A stretch of DNA of 64,000 nt from an uncultured Anaerolineaceae bacterium (GCA_964610835.1 CAZSWK010000001.1:23843-87842), one strand, 5' to 3'; positions 1 to 7,828 are shown, counted from the first letter of the stretch. Notes: a model not told the origin generated them from the sequence alone. Numbers and translations are program-made.

Positions 1-411
1 GCACGGCGCACGGCCGAGGGCGAGGGTGTCGACGTGCGCCTGTACGACATCATCTACAAGCTGACCGACGAGATGGGCGCGGCGCTGCGCGGCCTGCTCG
101 AACCGGAGGTGATCGAGGTCGTCGAAGGCCGTGCGGAGGTGCGCCAGATCTTCCGCAGCGGACGCACCTTGATCGCCGGCTGCTACGTGACCGACGGTCG
201 CGTGGTACGCGGTGGCGCACGCATCTATCGTGGCGGCAAGCTGCTGGCGACCGATCGCATCGATTCCCTGCGACGTTTCCGCGACGACGTGCGCGAGGTG
301 CAATCGGGCTACGAGTGCGGCATCGGGCTGGGCAGCTTCAACGAGATCGAAGAGGGAGACATCATCGAGTCGTTCACCCACCAGACCGTTTCCCGCGTCG
401 CCTCCGCCTGA
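1..411 (+). CDS. infB: translation initiation factor IF-2, C-terminal end (5' part lies outside the window)
   Basis: The frame is open from the window edge. The C-terminal IF-2 domain sequence 'AEVRQIFRSGRTLIAGCYVTDGRVVRGGARIYRGGKLL...ECGIGLGSFNEIEEGDIIESF' is typical of the IF-2 C2 beta-barrel. rbfA follows, as in the conserved nusA-infB-rbfA operon. Confidence 0.9.
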   Translation, partial: ARRTAEGEGVDVRLYDIIYKLTDEMGAALRGLLEPEVIEVVEGRAEVRQIFRSGRTLIAGCYVTDGRVVRGGARIYRGGKLLATDRIDSLRRFRDDVREVQSGYECGIGLGSFNEIEEGDIIESFTHQTVSRVASA

Positions 412-460
412 CGCGGGACGTGTCCTATCTCCGCCGGCGCGTGCGCCGCTGTCACGCGCC

Positions 461-868
461 GTGAGCGAGCGCACGGCGCGGCTGGACGAACTGCTGCGCG
501 AGCAGATCAGCGAAGTGCTCCGGCGGGACGTCGACGATCCACGCGTCGGTTTCGTGACCATCACCGACGTCGAGGTGGCGCCCGACCTGGGCCATGCCAA
601 CGTGTGGGTGTCCGTCATCGGCACGCCTGCCGAGCGGCTTCAGACGCTGCGCGCCCTGAGGCGCGCCATGCCGTTCGTGCGTGGTCGCCTTGGCCGCCTG
701 CGCCTGAAGCGCATCCCCGCGCTGCACGTCAAGGAGGACCACACCTCCGAGCGCGGCACGCGGATCCTGCGCATCCTCGAGGATCTGGAGCATGGCGGGG
801 CGGGTGATGTGGCAGAGCCGGAAACGCTGCCCACGCCGGGCACGAGCCACGAGGAGAACGGGGAGTGA
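461..868 (+). CDS. rbfA: ribosome-binding factor A
   Basis: The start is an in-frame GTG at 461 inside ORF 212..868. 'RLDELLREQISEVLRRDVDDPRVGFVTITDVEVAPDLGHANVWVSV' matches the RbfA core. It sits immediately after infB. The exact start is uncertain. Confidence 0.88.
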   Translation: MSERTARLDELLREQISEVLRRDVDDPRVGFVTITDVEVAPDLGHANVWVSVIGTPAERLQTLRALRRAMPFVRGRLGRLRLKRIPALHVKEDHTSERGTRILRILEDLEHGGAGDVAEPETLPTPGTSHEENGE

Positions 869-1890
869 AGCTCGACTCGCTCAGCGCGGCTGATGTCGGC
901 GCCGTGCCGGCCGCGGTAGTGGAACGCATCCGCGCCTCCCACGAGGTGATGACGGTGTGCCACGAGAATCCCGAGGCGGACGCGCTGGGATCGGCGCTCG
1001 CAGTTGCGCTGGCGGTCGAGGAGCTGGGCGGGCGGGCGACGCCGGTGTGCAGCGATCCGGTGCCGGCCATGTACGACTTCATGCCGCGCATCGAGCGCTT
1101 CCGCCAGGATCCCGAACAGGACCGTTCGTACGACCTGATCGTGGTCGGCGACTGCGGTGACCTGGCACGCGTCGGCTCGGTGCTCGACCGGCATGCCGAG
1201 CTGTTCGGCCGGACACCCATCGTCAACATCGATCACCACGTCTCGAACACCGGCTTCGGCGTCGTCGACTGGGTCGATCCTGCGGCCGCGGCGACATGCG
1301 AGATGGACACCCTGTTGATGCCCGCCCTGGACATCCCGTTGACCGCCGCCGACGGCGCAATCGCGGCGGCGCTGATGGCCGGCGTGGTCATCGACACGGC
1401 CAACTTCCAGCACCCCAACACGACGCCGCGCACGCTGCGCGTCGCGGCTGAGCTGGTCGCCGCCGGTGCGCCGCTGGCCGACACGGCGCGGCTCATCTAT
1501 CGCACCAAGCCGAATCGGCAACTGAAACTGTTCGGGCTGGTTCTCGGGCGGCTCGCTGAGGAGCTCGAAGGCAGGCTGGTGTGGTCGGCGTTGTACGAGG
1601 CCGATTACGCGGCCACCGGCGCGGCGGTAGCCGACGCGGAGGGCCTCAGCGACCTGCTCAGCCAGTCGGCCAGTGCCGCCCTGATGGTCCTGTTCCGCCA
1701 GAACGGCGAGCGCACCAAGATCAGCGTGCGCACTCGCGAAGGCGGCGAGGATGCGACCGTGTTGACTGCCCTTTTCGGCGGGGGAGGGCACGCACGTGCC
1801 GCAGGCGCGACACTTGATCTGCCCATCGATGATGCGATCCAGGTGGTCCTTGATGCTGCGCGCCGGATGCTCGTCACGAACCTTGGCTGA
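865..1890 (+). CDS. DHH/DHHA1 family phosphoesterase (NrnA / CnpB-like nanoRNase or cyclic-dinucleotide phosphodiesterase)
   Basis: DHH motifs are present ('HENPEADALGS', 'VVGDCGD', 'NIDHHVSN') with the DHHA1 'GGGGHARAAGA' near the C-terminus. The start overlaps the rbfA stop by 4 bp. The position in the infB-rbfA operon matches actinobacterial genomes. Confidence 0.8.
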   Translation: MKLDSLSAADVGAVPAAVVERIRASHEVMTVCHENPEADALGSALAVALAVEELGGRATPVCSDPVPAMYDFMPRIERFRQDPEQDRSYDLIVVGDCGDLARVGSVLDRHAELFGRTPIVNIDHHVSNTGFGVVDWVDPAAAATCEMDTLLMPALDIPLTAADGAIAAALMAGVVIDTANFQHPNTTPRTLRVAAELVAAGAPLADTARLIYRTKPNRQLKLFGLVLGRLAEELEGRLVWSALYEADYAATGAAVADAEGLSDLLSQSASAALMVLFRQNGERTKISVRTREGGEDATVLTALFGGGGHARAAGATLDLPIDDAIQVVLDAARRMLVTNLG

Positions 1891-2785
1891 ACAGGGCACG
1901 CTCGACGGCGTGCTCGTGGTGGCCAAGGAACCGGGACCCACGTCGCACGACATCGTCGCGCTGGTCCGGCGCCTGACGGGCGTGCGGCGCGTCGGCCACG
2001 GCGGCACGCTCGATCCCTTCGCCGCAGGTGTGCTGCCCGTGTTCCTGGGGCGCGCCACACGTCTCGTCGAGTACCACATGGGCGACGCCAAGGAGTACCG
2101 GGCGCTGGTCTGCTTCGGCGCCCGTTCGACGACTGATGATCTCGACGGCGAGCTGACGCCGACCGGGCAGGCACCAACGCGCGATGAGGTCGAGTCGACG
2201 CTGGCCAACTTCCGCGGCGAGATCGAGCAGGTGCCGCCCGATTATTCGGCGGTGCGTGTCGCAGGTCGCCGTGCCTATGAGCTGGCACGGCGTGGAGCCA
2301 AGCCCGTCTTGCGGCCGCGCAGGGTGTCGATCCAGCGCCTGGACATGACGGACTGGCAGGCCGAGGACCCGGCCCGCCCGATCGGCACGCTCGAGGTGCA
2401 CTGCAGCGCCGGCACGTACGTGCGCGCGCTGGCGCGCGATCTCGGCGAACGGCTCGGCAGCGGGGCGTACCTGGCCGCGCTGACCCGTACCGCGAGTGGC
2501 GGTTTCCGGCTTGCCGAGGCACATCGGCTGGCCGAGGTGCGCGAGGCGTTGAGCGGGGGCCAGGCCGCGCGGCTGCTGCTACCCCTCGACGTGGGCCTGG
2601 ATCGCTACCCTCGTGTCGAGCTGGCCGACGCCGCGCTACAGCACCTGCTGCGCGGCCAGCAGCTGCGCCGGCCAGCCGTGGCCGAAGAAGAGGGCCTGGT
2701 GCGTGTCGTGGACGCCGCCGGACGGCTGGTGGCGATGGCGCGCCAGGCGGCCGGCGTCCTGCGCCCCGAGAAGGTGCTCGCCTGA
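1883..2785 (+). CDS. truB: tRNA pseudouridine(55) synthase TruB
   Basis: 'LDGVLVVAKEPGPTSHDIVALVRRLTGVRRVGHGGTLDPFAAGVLPVFLGRATRL' contains the catalytic Asp motif 'HGGTLDP'. The chosen start is the in-frame TTG at 1883, just upstream of the preceding gene's stop codon; the true start is uncertain. Confidence 0.88.
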   Translation: MAEQGTLDGVLVVAKEPGPTSHDIVALVRRLTGVRRVGHGGTLDPFAAGVLPVFLGRATRLVEYHMGDAKEYRALVCFGARSTTDDLDGELTPTGQAPTRDEVESTLANFRGEIEQVPPDYSAVRVAGRRAYELARRGAKPVLRPRRVSIQRLDMTDWQAEDPARPIGTLEVHCSAGTYVRALARDLGERLGSGAYLAALTRTASGGFRLAEAHRLAEVREALSGGQAARLLLPLDVGLDRYPRVELADAALQHLLRGQQLRRPAVAEEEGLVRVVDAAGRLVAMARQAAGVLRPEKVLA

Positions 2786-2786
2786 A

Positions 2787-3770
2787 ATGCGGATCGTGGC
2801 CGGCGTCGACGAGTTGCAGCACGGACTCCGTTTCGTGCTGGCCATCGGCATGTTCGACGGCGTGCATCGCGGCCATCAACGAGTGCTGCGCAGGCTCGTG
2901 CTGGCTGCCCGGCGACGTCACGCGCTGTCGGTGCTGCTGACCTTCGAGCCGCACCCCGCCCAGGTGCTGCGTGGCGAGGCTCCACCGGCGCTGTGCAGCG
3001 ACGGCGAACGTCGCGCGCGTTTCGCGGCGCTGGGCGTGGACCTGCTCGTCGTGCAGCATTTCGACCGGCAATTCGCCAACCAGCCTCCCGACGATTTCCT
3101 GCGCCGACTGGCGGATGGTCGCGACCTGGCGGCCATCGTCATGACACCCGATTCGGCCTTTGGCCGGGATCGTGCGGGGGTGCTGCCTGCCGTGCGCAGG
3201 CTGGGGCACGAGCTGGGGTTCGATATTGCCGAGGTGACGTCCCTCGCCGGCGAGGGCGCCATGATCTCGAGCACGCGCCTGCGCGGCCTGGTTGCGCAGG
3301 GCCGGCTGGCCGAGGCGCGCCGTTTGCTCGGGCGTTCCTACGCGGTCATCGGCAGGGTGGTCCCGGGTGACCGGCGCGGACGCGAACTCGGCTATCCCAC
3401 GGCCAACCTGGAGCTGGACGAGCAGATGACGCTGCCGCCCGACGGCATCTATGCCGCGCGCGTCTCATGGGGCGGTCCCGACCCGCTGCTACCGGACCGT
3501 GTCGCCGACGGCGTGGTGTCGCTCGGCGTGCGGCCTACGTTCGGTGCCGGTGAGCGCGTGCTCGAGGTGCACATCTTCGATACCGACGAGGACCTGTACG
3601 GACAGCGCCTGCGCGTTGAGTTCGTGCGCCGGTTGCGCGGCGAGAAACGGTTTTCGTCGGCCGCCGCGCTCATCCGGCAGATGGATCGTGACTCGGCACG
3701 GGCGAGGTTCGTGCTTGGCGGCGGCCAGCGGCGCCGATCAACTGCAGCGGTCAAATCGAACGGCTGTTAG
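2787..3770 (+). CDS. ribF: bifunctional riboflavin kinase / FMN adenylyltransferase
   Basis: The ATG at 2787 lies 1 nt after the truB stop. 'AIGMFDGVHRGHQRVL' is the FAD synthetase motif, and the C-terminal riboflavin kinase part reads 'GRELGYPTANL...GVRPTF...LEVHIFDTDEDLYG'. Confidence 0.9.
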   Translation: MRIVAGVDELQHGLRFVLAIGMFDGVHRGHQRVLRRLVLAARRRHALSVLLTFEPHPAQVLRGEAPPALCSDGERRARFAALGVDLLVVQHFDRQFANQPPDDFLRRLADGRDLAAIVMTPDSAFGRDRAGVLPAVRRLGHELGFDIAEVTSLAGEGAMISSTRLRGLVAQGRLAEARRLLGRSYAVIGRVVPGDRRGRELGYPTANLELDEQMTLPPDGIYAARVSWGGPDPLLPDRVADGVVSLGVRPTFGAGERVLEVHIFDTDEDLYGQRLRVEFVRRLRGEKRFSSAAALIRQMDRDSARARFVLGGGQRRRSTAAVKSNGC

Positions 3771-3772
3771 AC

Positions 3773-3829
3773 TCCCGCGGAACGAAGAAAGAGGAAAATA
3801 CTGGAGGAACGGGTGCCCCTGGCGCGGGA
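3773..3829 (+). promoter_or_regulatory. rpsO leader with a long-range 7-bp pairing that encloses the RBS and start codon
   Basis: 'tcccgcg' (3773-3779) is the exact reverse complement of 'cgcggga' (3823-3829). The enclosed 43 nt is unusually purine/A-rich, with two SD-like elements (GAGGAAAA, GGAGGAA) and the GTG start at 3813. Confidence 0.35.
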
Positions 3830-4082
3830 TACGAAGGAAGCGATCGTGGCTGAGCATGCCCGATCGGAGGCAGATACCGGCTCGCCGGAAGTTCAGATCG
3901 CACTGCTGACAGAGCGAATCAAGGGCCTGACCGAGCATCTGCGCAGCTTCCCCAAGGACAATCACTCGCGTCGCGGGCTGCTCAAGCTCGTCGGCCAGCG
4001 TCGGCGTCTACTTGCCTATCTGATGCGCAAGGACAACGCTCGTTATCGCGCGCTCATCGGCGCGCTCGGACTGCGGCGCTAG
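3813..4082 (+). CDS. rpsO: 30S ribosomal protein S15
   Basis: The 89-aa product contains '[48 protein letters not shown]', the canonical S15 sequence. A GGAGGA RBS lies upstream. Confidence 0.95.
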   Translation: MPLARDTKEAIVAEHARSEADTGSPEVQIALLTERIKGLTEHLRSFPKDNHSRRGLLKLVGQRRRLLAYLMRKDNARYRALIGALGLRR

Positions 4083-4098
4083 CAAACCTTTGAGCCCC

Positions 4099-4118
4099 GT
4101 CCTCCGCCAATGGAGGAC
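4099..4118 (+). promoter_or_regulatory. pnp leader hairpin that sequesters the Shine-Dalgarno sequence
   Basis: 'gtcctcc' (4099-4105) pairs perfectly with 'ggaggac' (4112-4118) across the 6-nt loop 'gccaat'. GGAGGAC is the only SD candidate, 2 nt before the ATG at 4121. The rpsO-pnp spacer is only 38 nt. Confidence 0.5.
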
Positions 4119-4120
4119 TG

Positions 4121-6712
4121 ATGCCAGTCACAACACTGTCGACCGAGTTCGCCGGTCGCACCCTGACCATCGAGACCGGCAAGCTCGCGAGGCTGGCTGG
4201 CGGCTCTGTCACCGTTCGTTTCGGTGACACGATGCTGCTCGGCACGGCCAATCGCTCGGAGCCGCGGCCGGGCCTCGATTTCTTCCCGCTGACGATCGAG
4301 TTCGAGGAGCGCATGTATGCCGCGGGCAAGATCCCGGGCGGCTTCATCAAGCGCGAGTCCAGGCCGTCAGAGGCAGCCATCCTTGCCGCGCGGCTGACCG
4401 ACCGGCCCATCCGGCCGCTGTTCCCCGCGGGCTACAAGGACGATGTCCAGGTCGTGCTCACCGTGCTGTCGACCGACCAGGAGAACGATCCCGACATCAT
4501 TGGCACCATCGCCGCCTCGGCCGCGCTGACGATCAGCGAGATCCCCTTCATGGGACCCGTCGCCGCGGTGCGCGTGGGGCGCATCGACGGTGAACTGGTG
4601 CTCAACCCGACCTTCAGTCAGCTCGCGGACTCAGACCTGGACCTGGTCGTGTCGGGCACGCGCGAGGCGATCATGATGGTCGAGGCCGGAGCCAAGATCG
4701 TGCCTGAAGCGGTCATGGCTGAGGCGATCATGTTCGGCCATCGTTCACTCGGCCCGATCCTCGATCTGCAGGATCAGCTGCGCGAGAAGCTCGGCAAGCC
4801 GAAGCGCCTGCCGTACATCGAACCGGGCACCGATTCGGTGCTCAAGTTCGTCGATGCAATGGGGTCCAACGAGCCGCTCGTGGTCTTCGACGTGGAGACC
4901 ACCAGCCGCGATCCAAAGCAGGGCGCCATCGTCGAGATCGGCGCCGTCAAGGTCGCCAAGGGCAAGATCCAGGACCGTTGGTCGACGCTCGTGAACCCGG
5001 GCGAGGCGATCGTCGGTCATCAGCTGCACGGCATCACCGACGCTGACGTCAAGGATGCGCCGACGCCTGCGCAGGCTGCCGGCCAGTTCATGGAGTGGGC
5101 CGGCGACGCCGTGCTGGTGGGCCACAACGTCGGCTTCGACATCGGCTTCCTCGAGGCGGCGCTCGGTGACGGGCGGCGCATCGAGCAGGGGCACTACCTC
5201 GACACACTGGTGCTCGCCCGTGAGGCGTACGCCGACTCCGACCTGAAGCTCGGGGACCTGGCTCGCTACTTCGAGCTCGAAACCGAACCCAACCACCGGG
5301 CGCTGCCCGACGCCGAGGCGACCGGGCAGTTGCTGCTGCGCTGGGCGGCGGACCTGCCGGGGCGTATCGCGAGCTACCGCGAAGCGGTGGCCGACGCGAT
5401 CCGCGCCCAGCGCAAGGGCCAGACGCTGGAGGACACCACTGCCGCCATCGACGTTGCGCGGTGCAAGGCGCGCTTCTCAAAGGGCCTGGGCGGCCTGTTG
5501 CACAAGAAGGTCGTGCGCGAGCTGGTGCTTGGCGAGGGCCTGCGCATGGACGGGCGCGATCCGGAGACGATCCGGCCCATCTCGGTCGAGGTCGGCCTGC
5601 TGCCGCGGGCACACGGCTCGGGTCTGTTCACCCGCGGCGACACCCAGGCGCTGTCGGTTGCCACGCTGGGACCATCCTCGGACGTCCAGCGCATCGACAC
5701 GATCAGCCCTCATGAGTCCAAGCGTTACCTCCACCACTACAACATGCCGCCCTACTCGACGGGCGAGAACAAGCCCATGCGCGGCCCCGGCCGGCGCGAA
5801 ATCGGCCACGGCGCGCTCGCCGAGCGGGCCCTGGTGCCCGTGCTGCCCGCGCAGGAGGACTTCCCGTACGTCATCCGCGTCGTTTCGGAGTGCGTTACCT
5901 CGAACGGCTCGACGTCGATGGCCTCGACCTGTGGCTCGACATTGGCGCTGATGGATGCCGGCGTGCCGATCAAGGCACCGGTCGCCGGTGCGGCGATGGG
6001 CCTGGTTACCGGCGACGACGGCAAGTTCGTGGTGCTGACCGACATCCTGGGCAAGGAGGACGCCTTCGGCGACATGGACTTCAAGGTGACCGGCACGTCC
6101 GAAGGCGTGACGGCCCTGCAGATGGACATCAAGATCCAGGGCATCAACGAGGACATCATCCGCACCGGCCTGGACAAGGCCCACAGCGCGCGGATGTTCA
6201 TCCTGGACAAGATGCTCGAGGTGATGCCGGAGGCACGGGCCGAGATGAGCGCCTATGCGCCGCGCATCATCACCATCAAGGTCAACCCGGAGAAGATCCG
6301 CGACATCATCGGCAAGGGTGGCGCCACGATCCGCAAGATCCAGGAGGACACCAGTACCGAGATCAACGTCGAGGATGACGGCACGGTCGAGATTGCCGCG
6401 GTCAACTCCGACAACTCACGGGCGGCCATCCAGATGATCGAGAGCCTGACCCGCGAGGTGGAGGTCGGAGGCCTGTACCTCGGCCGGGTGACCCGGATCA
6501 TGGGCTTCGGCGCCTTTGTCGAGATCCTGCCGGGCAAGGAGGGGCTGGTGCGCATCGGCGAGCTGGCCGACTACCACGTGCCCACGGTCGAAGACGTCGT
6601 CTCGGTCGGCGACGAGATCATGGTCGTGGTCATCGAGATCGACCGCCAGGGCCGCGTCAACCTGTCGCGCAAGGCCGCCATGCAGCGCCACCTGGCCAAG
6701 AGTCCCGCCTAA
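4121..6712 (+). CDS. pnp: polyribonucleotide nucleotidyltransferase (PNPase) with an inserted DEDDh exonuclease domain
   Basis: The domains read in this order:
- RNase PH core 1: 'GRTLTIETGKLARLAGGSVTVRFGDTMLL...FFPLTIEFEERMYAAGKIPGGFIKRE';
- RNase PH core 2: 'RMDGRDPETIRPISVEVGLLPRAHGSGLFTRGDTQAL...FDMDFKV';
- KH domain: 'IGKGGATIRKIQE';
- S1 domain: 'GRVTRIMGFGAFVEILPGKEGLV'.
The gene follows rpsO. The product is 863 aa, about 130-160 aa longer than canonical bacterial PNPases. Confidence 0.95.
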   Translation: MPVTTLSTEFAGRTLTIETGKLARLAGGSVTVRFGDTMLLGTANRSEPRPGLDFFPLTIEFEERMYAAGKIPGGFIKRESRPSEAAILAARLTDRPIRPLFPAGYKDDVQVVLTVLSTDQENDPDIIGTIAASAALTISEIPFMGPVAAVRVGRIDGELVLNPTFSQLADSDLDLVVSGTREAIMMVEAGAKIVPEAVMAEAIMFGHRSLGPILDLQDQLREKLGKPKRLPYIEPGTDSVLKFVDAMGSNEPLVVFDVETTSRDPKQGAIVEIGAVKVAKGKIQDRWSTLVNPGEAIVGHQLHGITDADVKDAPTPAQAAGQFMEWAGDAVLVGHNVGFDIGFLEAALGDGRRIEQGHYLDTLVLAREAYADSDLKLGDLARYFELETEPNHRALPDAEATGQLLLRWAADLPGRIASYREAVADAIRAQRKGQTLEDTTAAIDVARCKARFSKGLGGLLHKKVVRELVLGEGLRMDGRDPETIRPISVEVGLLPRAHGSGLFTRGDTQALSVATLGPSSDVQRIDTISPHESKRYLHHYNMPPYSTGENKPMRGPGRREIGHGALAERALVPVLPAQEDFPYVIRVVSECVTSNGSTSMASTCGSTLALMDAGVPIKAPVAGAAMGLVTGDDGKFVVLTDILGKEDAFGDMDFKVTGTSEGVTALQMDIKIQGINEDIIRTGLDKAHSARMFILDKMLEVMPEARAEMSAYAPRIITIKVNPEKIRDIIGKGGATIRKIQEDTSTEINVEDDGTVEIAAVNSDNSRAAIQMIESLTREVEVGGLYLGRVTRIMGFGAFVEILPGKEGLVRIGELADYHVPTVEDVVSVGDEIMVVVIEIDRQGRVNLSRKAAMQRHLAKSPA
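4877..5350 (+). other. DEDDh (DnaQ / RNase T / oligoribonuclease-like) 3'-5' exonuclease domain embedded in PNPase
   Basis: All three exonuclease motifs are in frame within pnp: ExoI 'VVFDVETTS' (D257, E259), ExoII 'LVGHNVGFDIGFL' (D340) and ExoIII 'HRALPDAEATGQL' (H392, D397). PNPase sequence flanks the module on both sides. Confidence 0.8.
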
Positions 6713-6735
6713 CGTTCGCAACGATCAGTAACGAC

Positions 6736-6765
6736 GACGGCCCGCCGAACCCTCGGCGGGCCGTC
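6736..6765 (+). terminator. GC-rich hairpin downstream of pnp (putative terminator)
   Basis: 'gacggcccgccg' (6736-6747) pairs with 'cggcgggccgtc' (6754-6765) in a 12-bp perfect stem with a 6-nt loop, 24 nt after the pnp stop. There is no clear U-tract, which is common in high-GC genomes. Confidence 0.55.
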
Positions 6766-6903
6766 GCACATATTGGCGGGGAGCGGCGACTCGGCCCAAG
6801 CCCGATGACGCGCTCAGTGGGGTCGGACCGAGCGGCTCGGACTTCGCCACCCGACCGCGTACGTGACCCTCAATGCGGTTGGGTTGTCGCGGCGACCCAG
6901 CGT

Positions 6904-7119
6904 TCACGGCTGCCGGCTGGAGAGCTCCTGCCAACGCAGTTCCAGCCGGCGCATCTCAGGCTCTATTGACCACGGCGGGCTGTCCGGATCGAAGGTCCGG
7001 AACAGTTCGCGCGCGGCGGCAAGCTCTTGCGCGACCAGCGACAGCTCGTCTTCAGGCAACTTCATGACGCCAGCGGACCGATCTCTGGGAGCGTTCTTGC
7101 CCGAGATGTTGGAAGCCAT
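6904..7119 (-). CDS. hypothetical small protein (71 aa)
   Basis: This is the only protein-like reading of the 6.7-7.28 kb gap: 'MKLPEDELSLVAQELAAARELFRTFDPDSPPWSIEPEMRRLELRWQEL', helical with balanced composition and mostly G/C at third codon positions. The overlapping plus-strand ORFs are Ser/Arg-rich junk. I recognise no family. Confidence 0.3.
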   Translation of the reverse strand: MASNISGKNAPRDRSAGVMKLPEDELSLVAQELAAARELFRTFDPDSPPWSIEPEMRRLELRWQELSSRQP

Positions 7120-7283
7120 GGCGCGATGATCGGCGGCCTTCGATTAGAACTCGATGAACGCGACCGGATCGGCCAGATTTCGCGTGAACCTTAATCCGGC
7201 GCTCATCGCGACTCCCGGAACATTCCGCCGCCAGTCAATCAGTACCGCCAAAGAGGCACGACTGGCGAAAGGAGTCCATCGAA

Positions 7284-7787
7284 GTGAAGAAGAGCGCAGC
7301 TTTGCTGGGCGCTGTTGTCGCGGTGTTGATGCTGGTGACCGTGACCATGGCAGCCGGTCCCAGTTCGTCGGCGAGTCCTTCATCTGCGACCCAGTCGCAG
7401 AACGGCACGACCAATACCAGCAACGCGTCGGCCGCCACCACGACGTCCTACTCGGTGCGGGTCCAGCCCGGCCTGCTGACGGGAAACGTCCAGGTCGAAA
7501 CGAAGGCTGACGGTGCCGGTGTAGTGACCATGCAGGTCAACGGACTGATCGCCAAGCTCGATTCGAAGCCTGTGTGGATGGTCGAGATCGACGGCAACAG
7601 CATTTCGTCAACGCGCATTGCCTACCTGTCGGGCTCTGACGTGACGTGGAATGCGCCCGACACGATCCGGTTCCAGCTGACCAAGGACCAGATGGGCAAC
7701 TTCGCGCAGGCGCTCTCGTCAAGCGGCGTCCTGATCGACGTGAGCAACGGCTACCGCCTCAGCGCTGCGGTGATCCCGGCGCAGTAG
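7284..7787 (+). CDS. secreted hypothetical protein (signal peptide plus Ser/Thr-rich linker)
   Basis: An AAAGGAG RBS lies 7 nt before the GTG start. The N-terminus 'KKSAALLGAVVAVLMLVTVTMAAG' looks like a signal peptide. A low-complexity S/T/N stretch and a beta-rich domain follow. I recognise no family. Confidence 0.65.
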   Translation: MKKSAALLGAVVAVLMLVTVTMAAGPSSSASPSSATQSQNGTTNTSNASAATTTSYSVRVQPGLLTGNVQVETKADGAGVVTMQVNGLIAKLDSKPVWMVEIDGNSISSTRIAYLSGSDVTWNAPDTIRFQLTKDQMGNFAQALSSSGVLIDVSNGYRLSAAVIPAQ

Positions 7788-7828
7788 ACGTCGACGGCGC
7801 GCGCGCCGCGCGCCATCTCTCTTGCAGG

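Noticed and set aside
640-3209. Two very long minus-strand ORFs (640..2208, 522 aa, and 1605..3209, 534 aa) antisense to the DHH phosphoesterase gene, truB and ribF.
   Set aside because: Their translations are Arg/Pro/Ala/Gly-rich low-complexity strings with no recognisable motifs. The plus strand encodes clearly recognisable conserved proteins. Long antisense ORFs are expected at ~70% GC because stop codons are rare.
4877-5350. The possibility that the PNPase insert is an intein or a mobile insertion rather than a fused domain.
   Set aside because: No intein hallmarks are present: there is no Cys/Ser at an N-terminal splice junction and no His-Asn followed by Cys/Ser/Thr at a C-terminal junction. 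The only 'HN' is inside the ExoII motif 'GHNVGF'. I saw no flanking repeats and no GC shift. The insert is a complete DEDDh fold in frame.
7144-7383. A 79-aa minus-strand ORF overlapping the start of the secreted-protein gene.
   Set aside because: It overlaps the RBS and signal-peptide region of a better-supported plus-strand gene. It has no start context or recognisable features.
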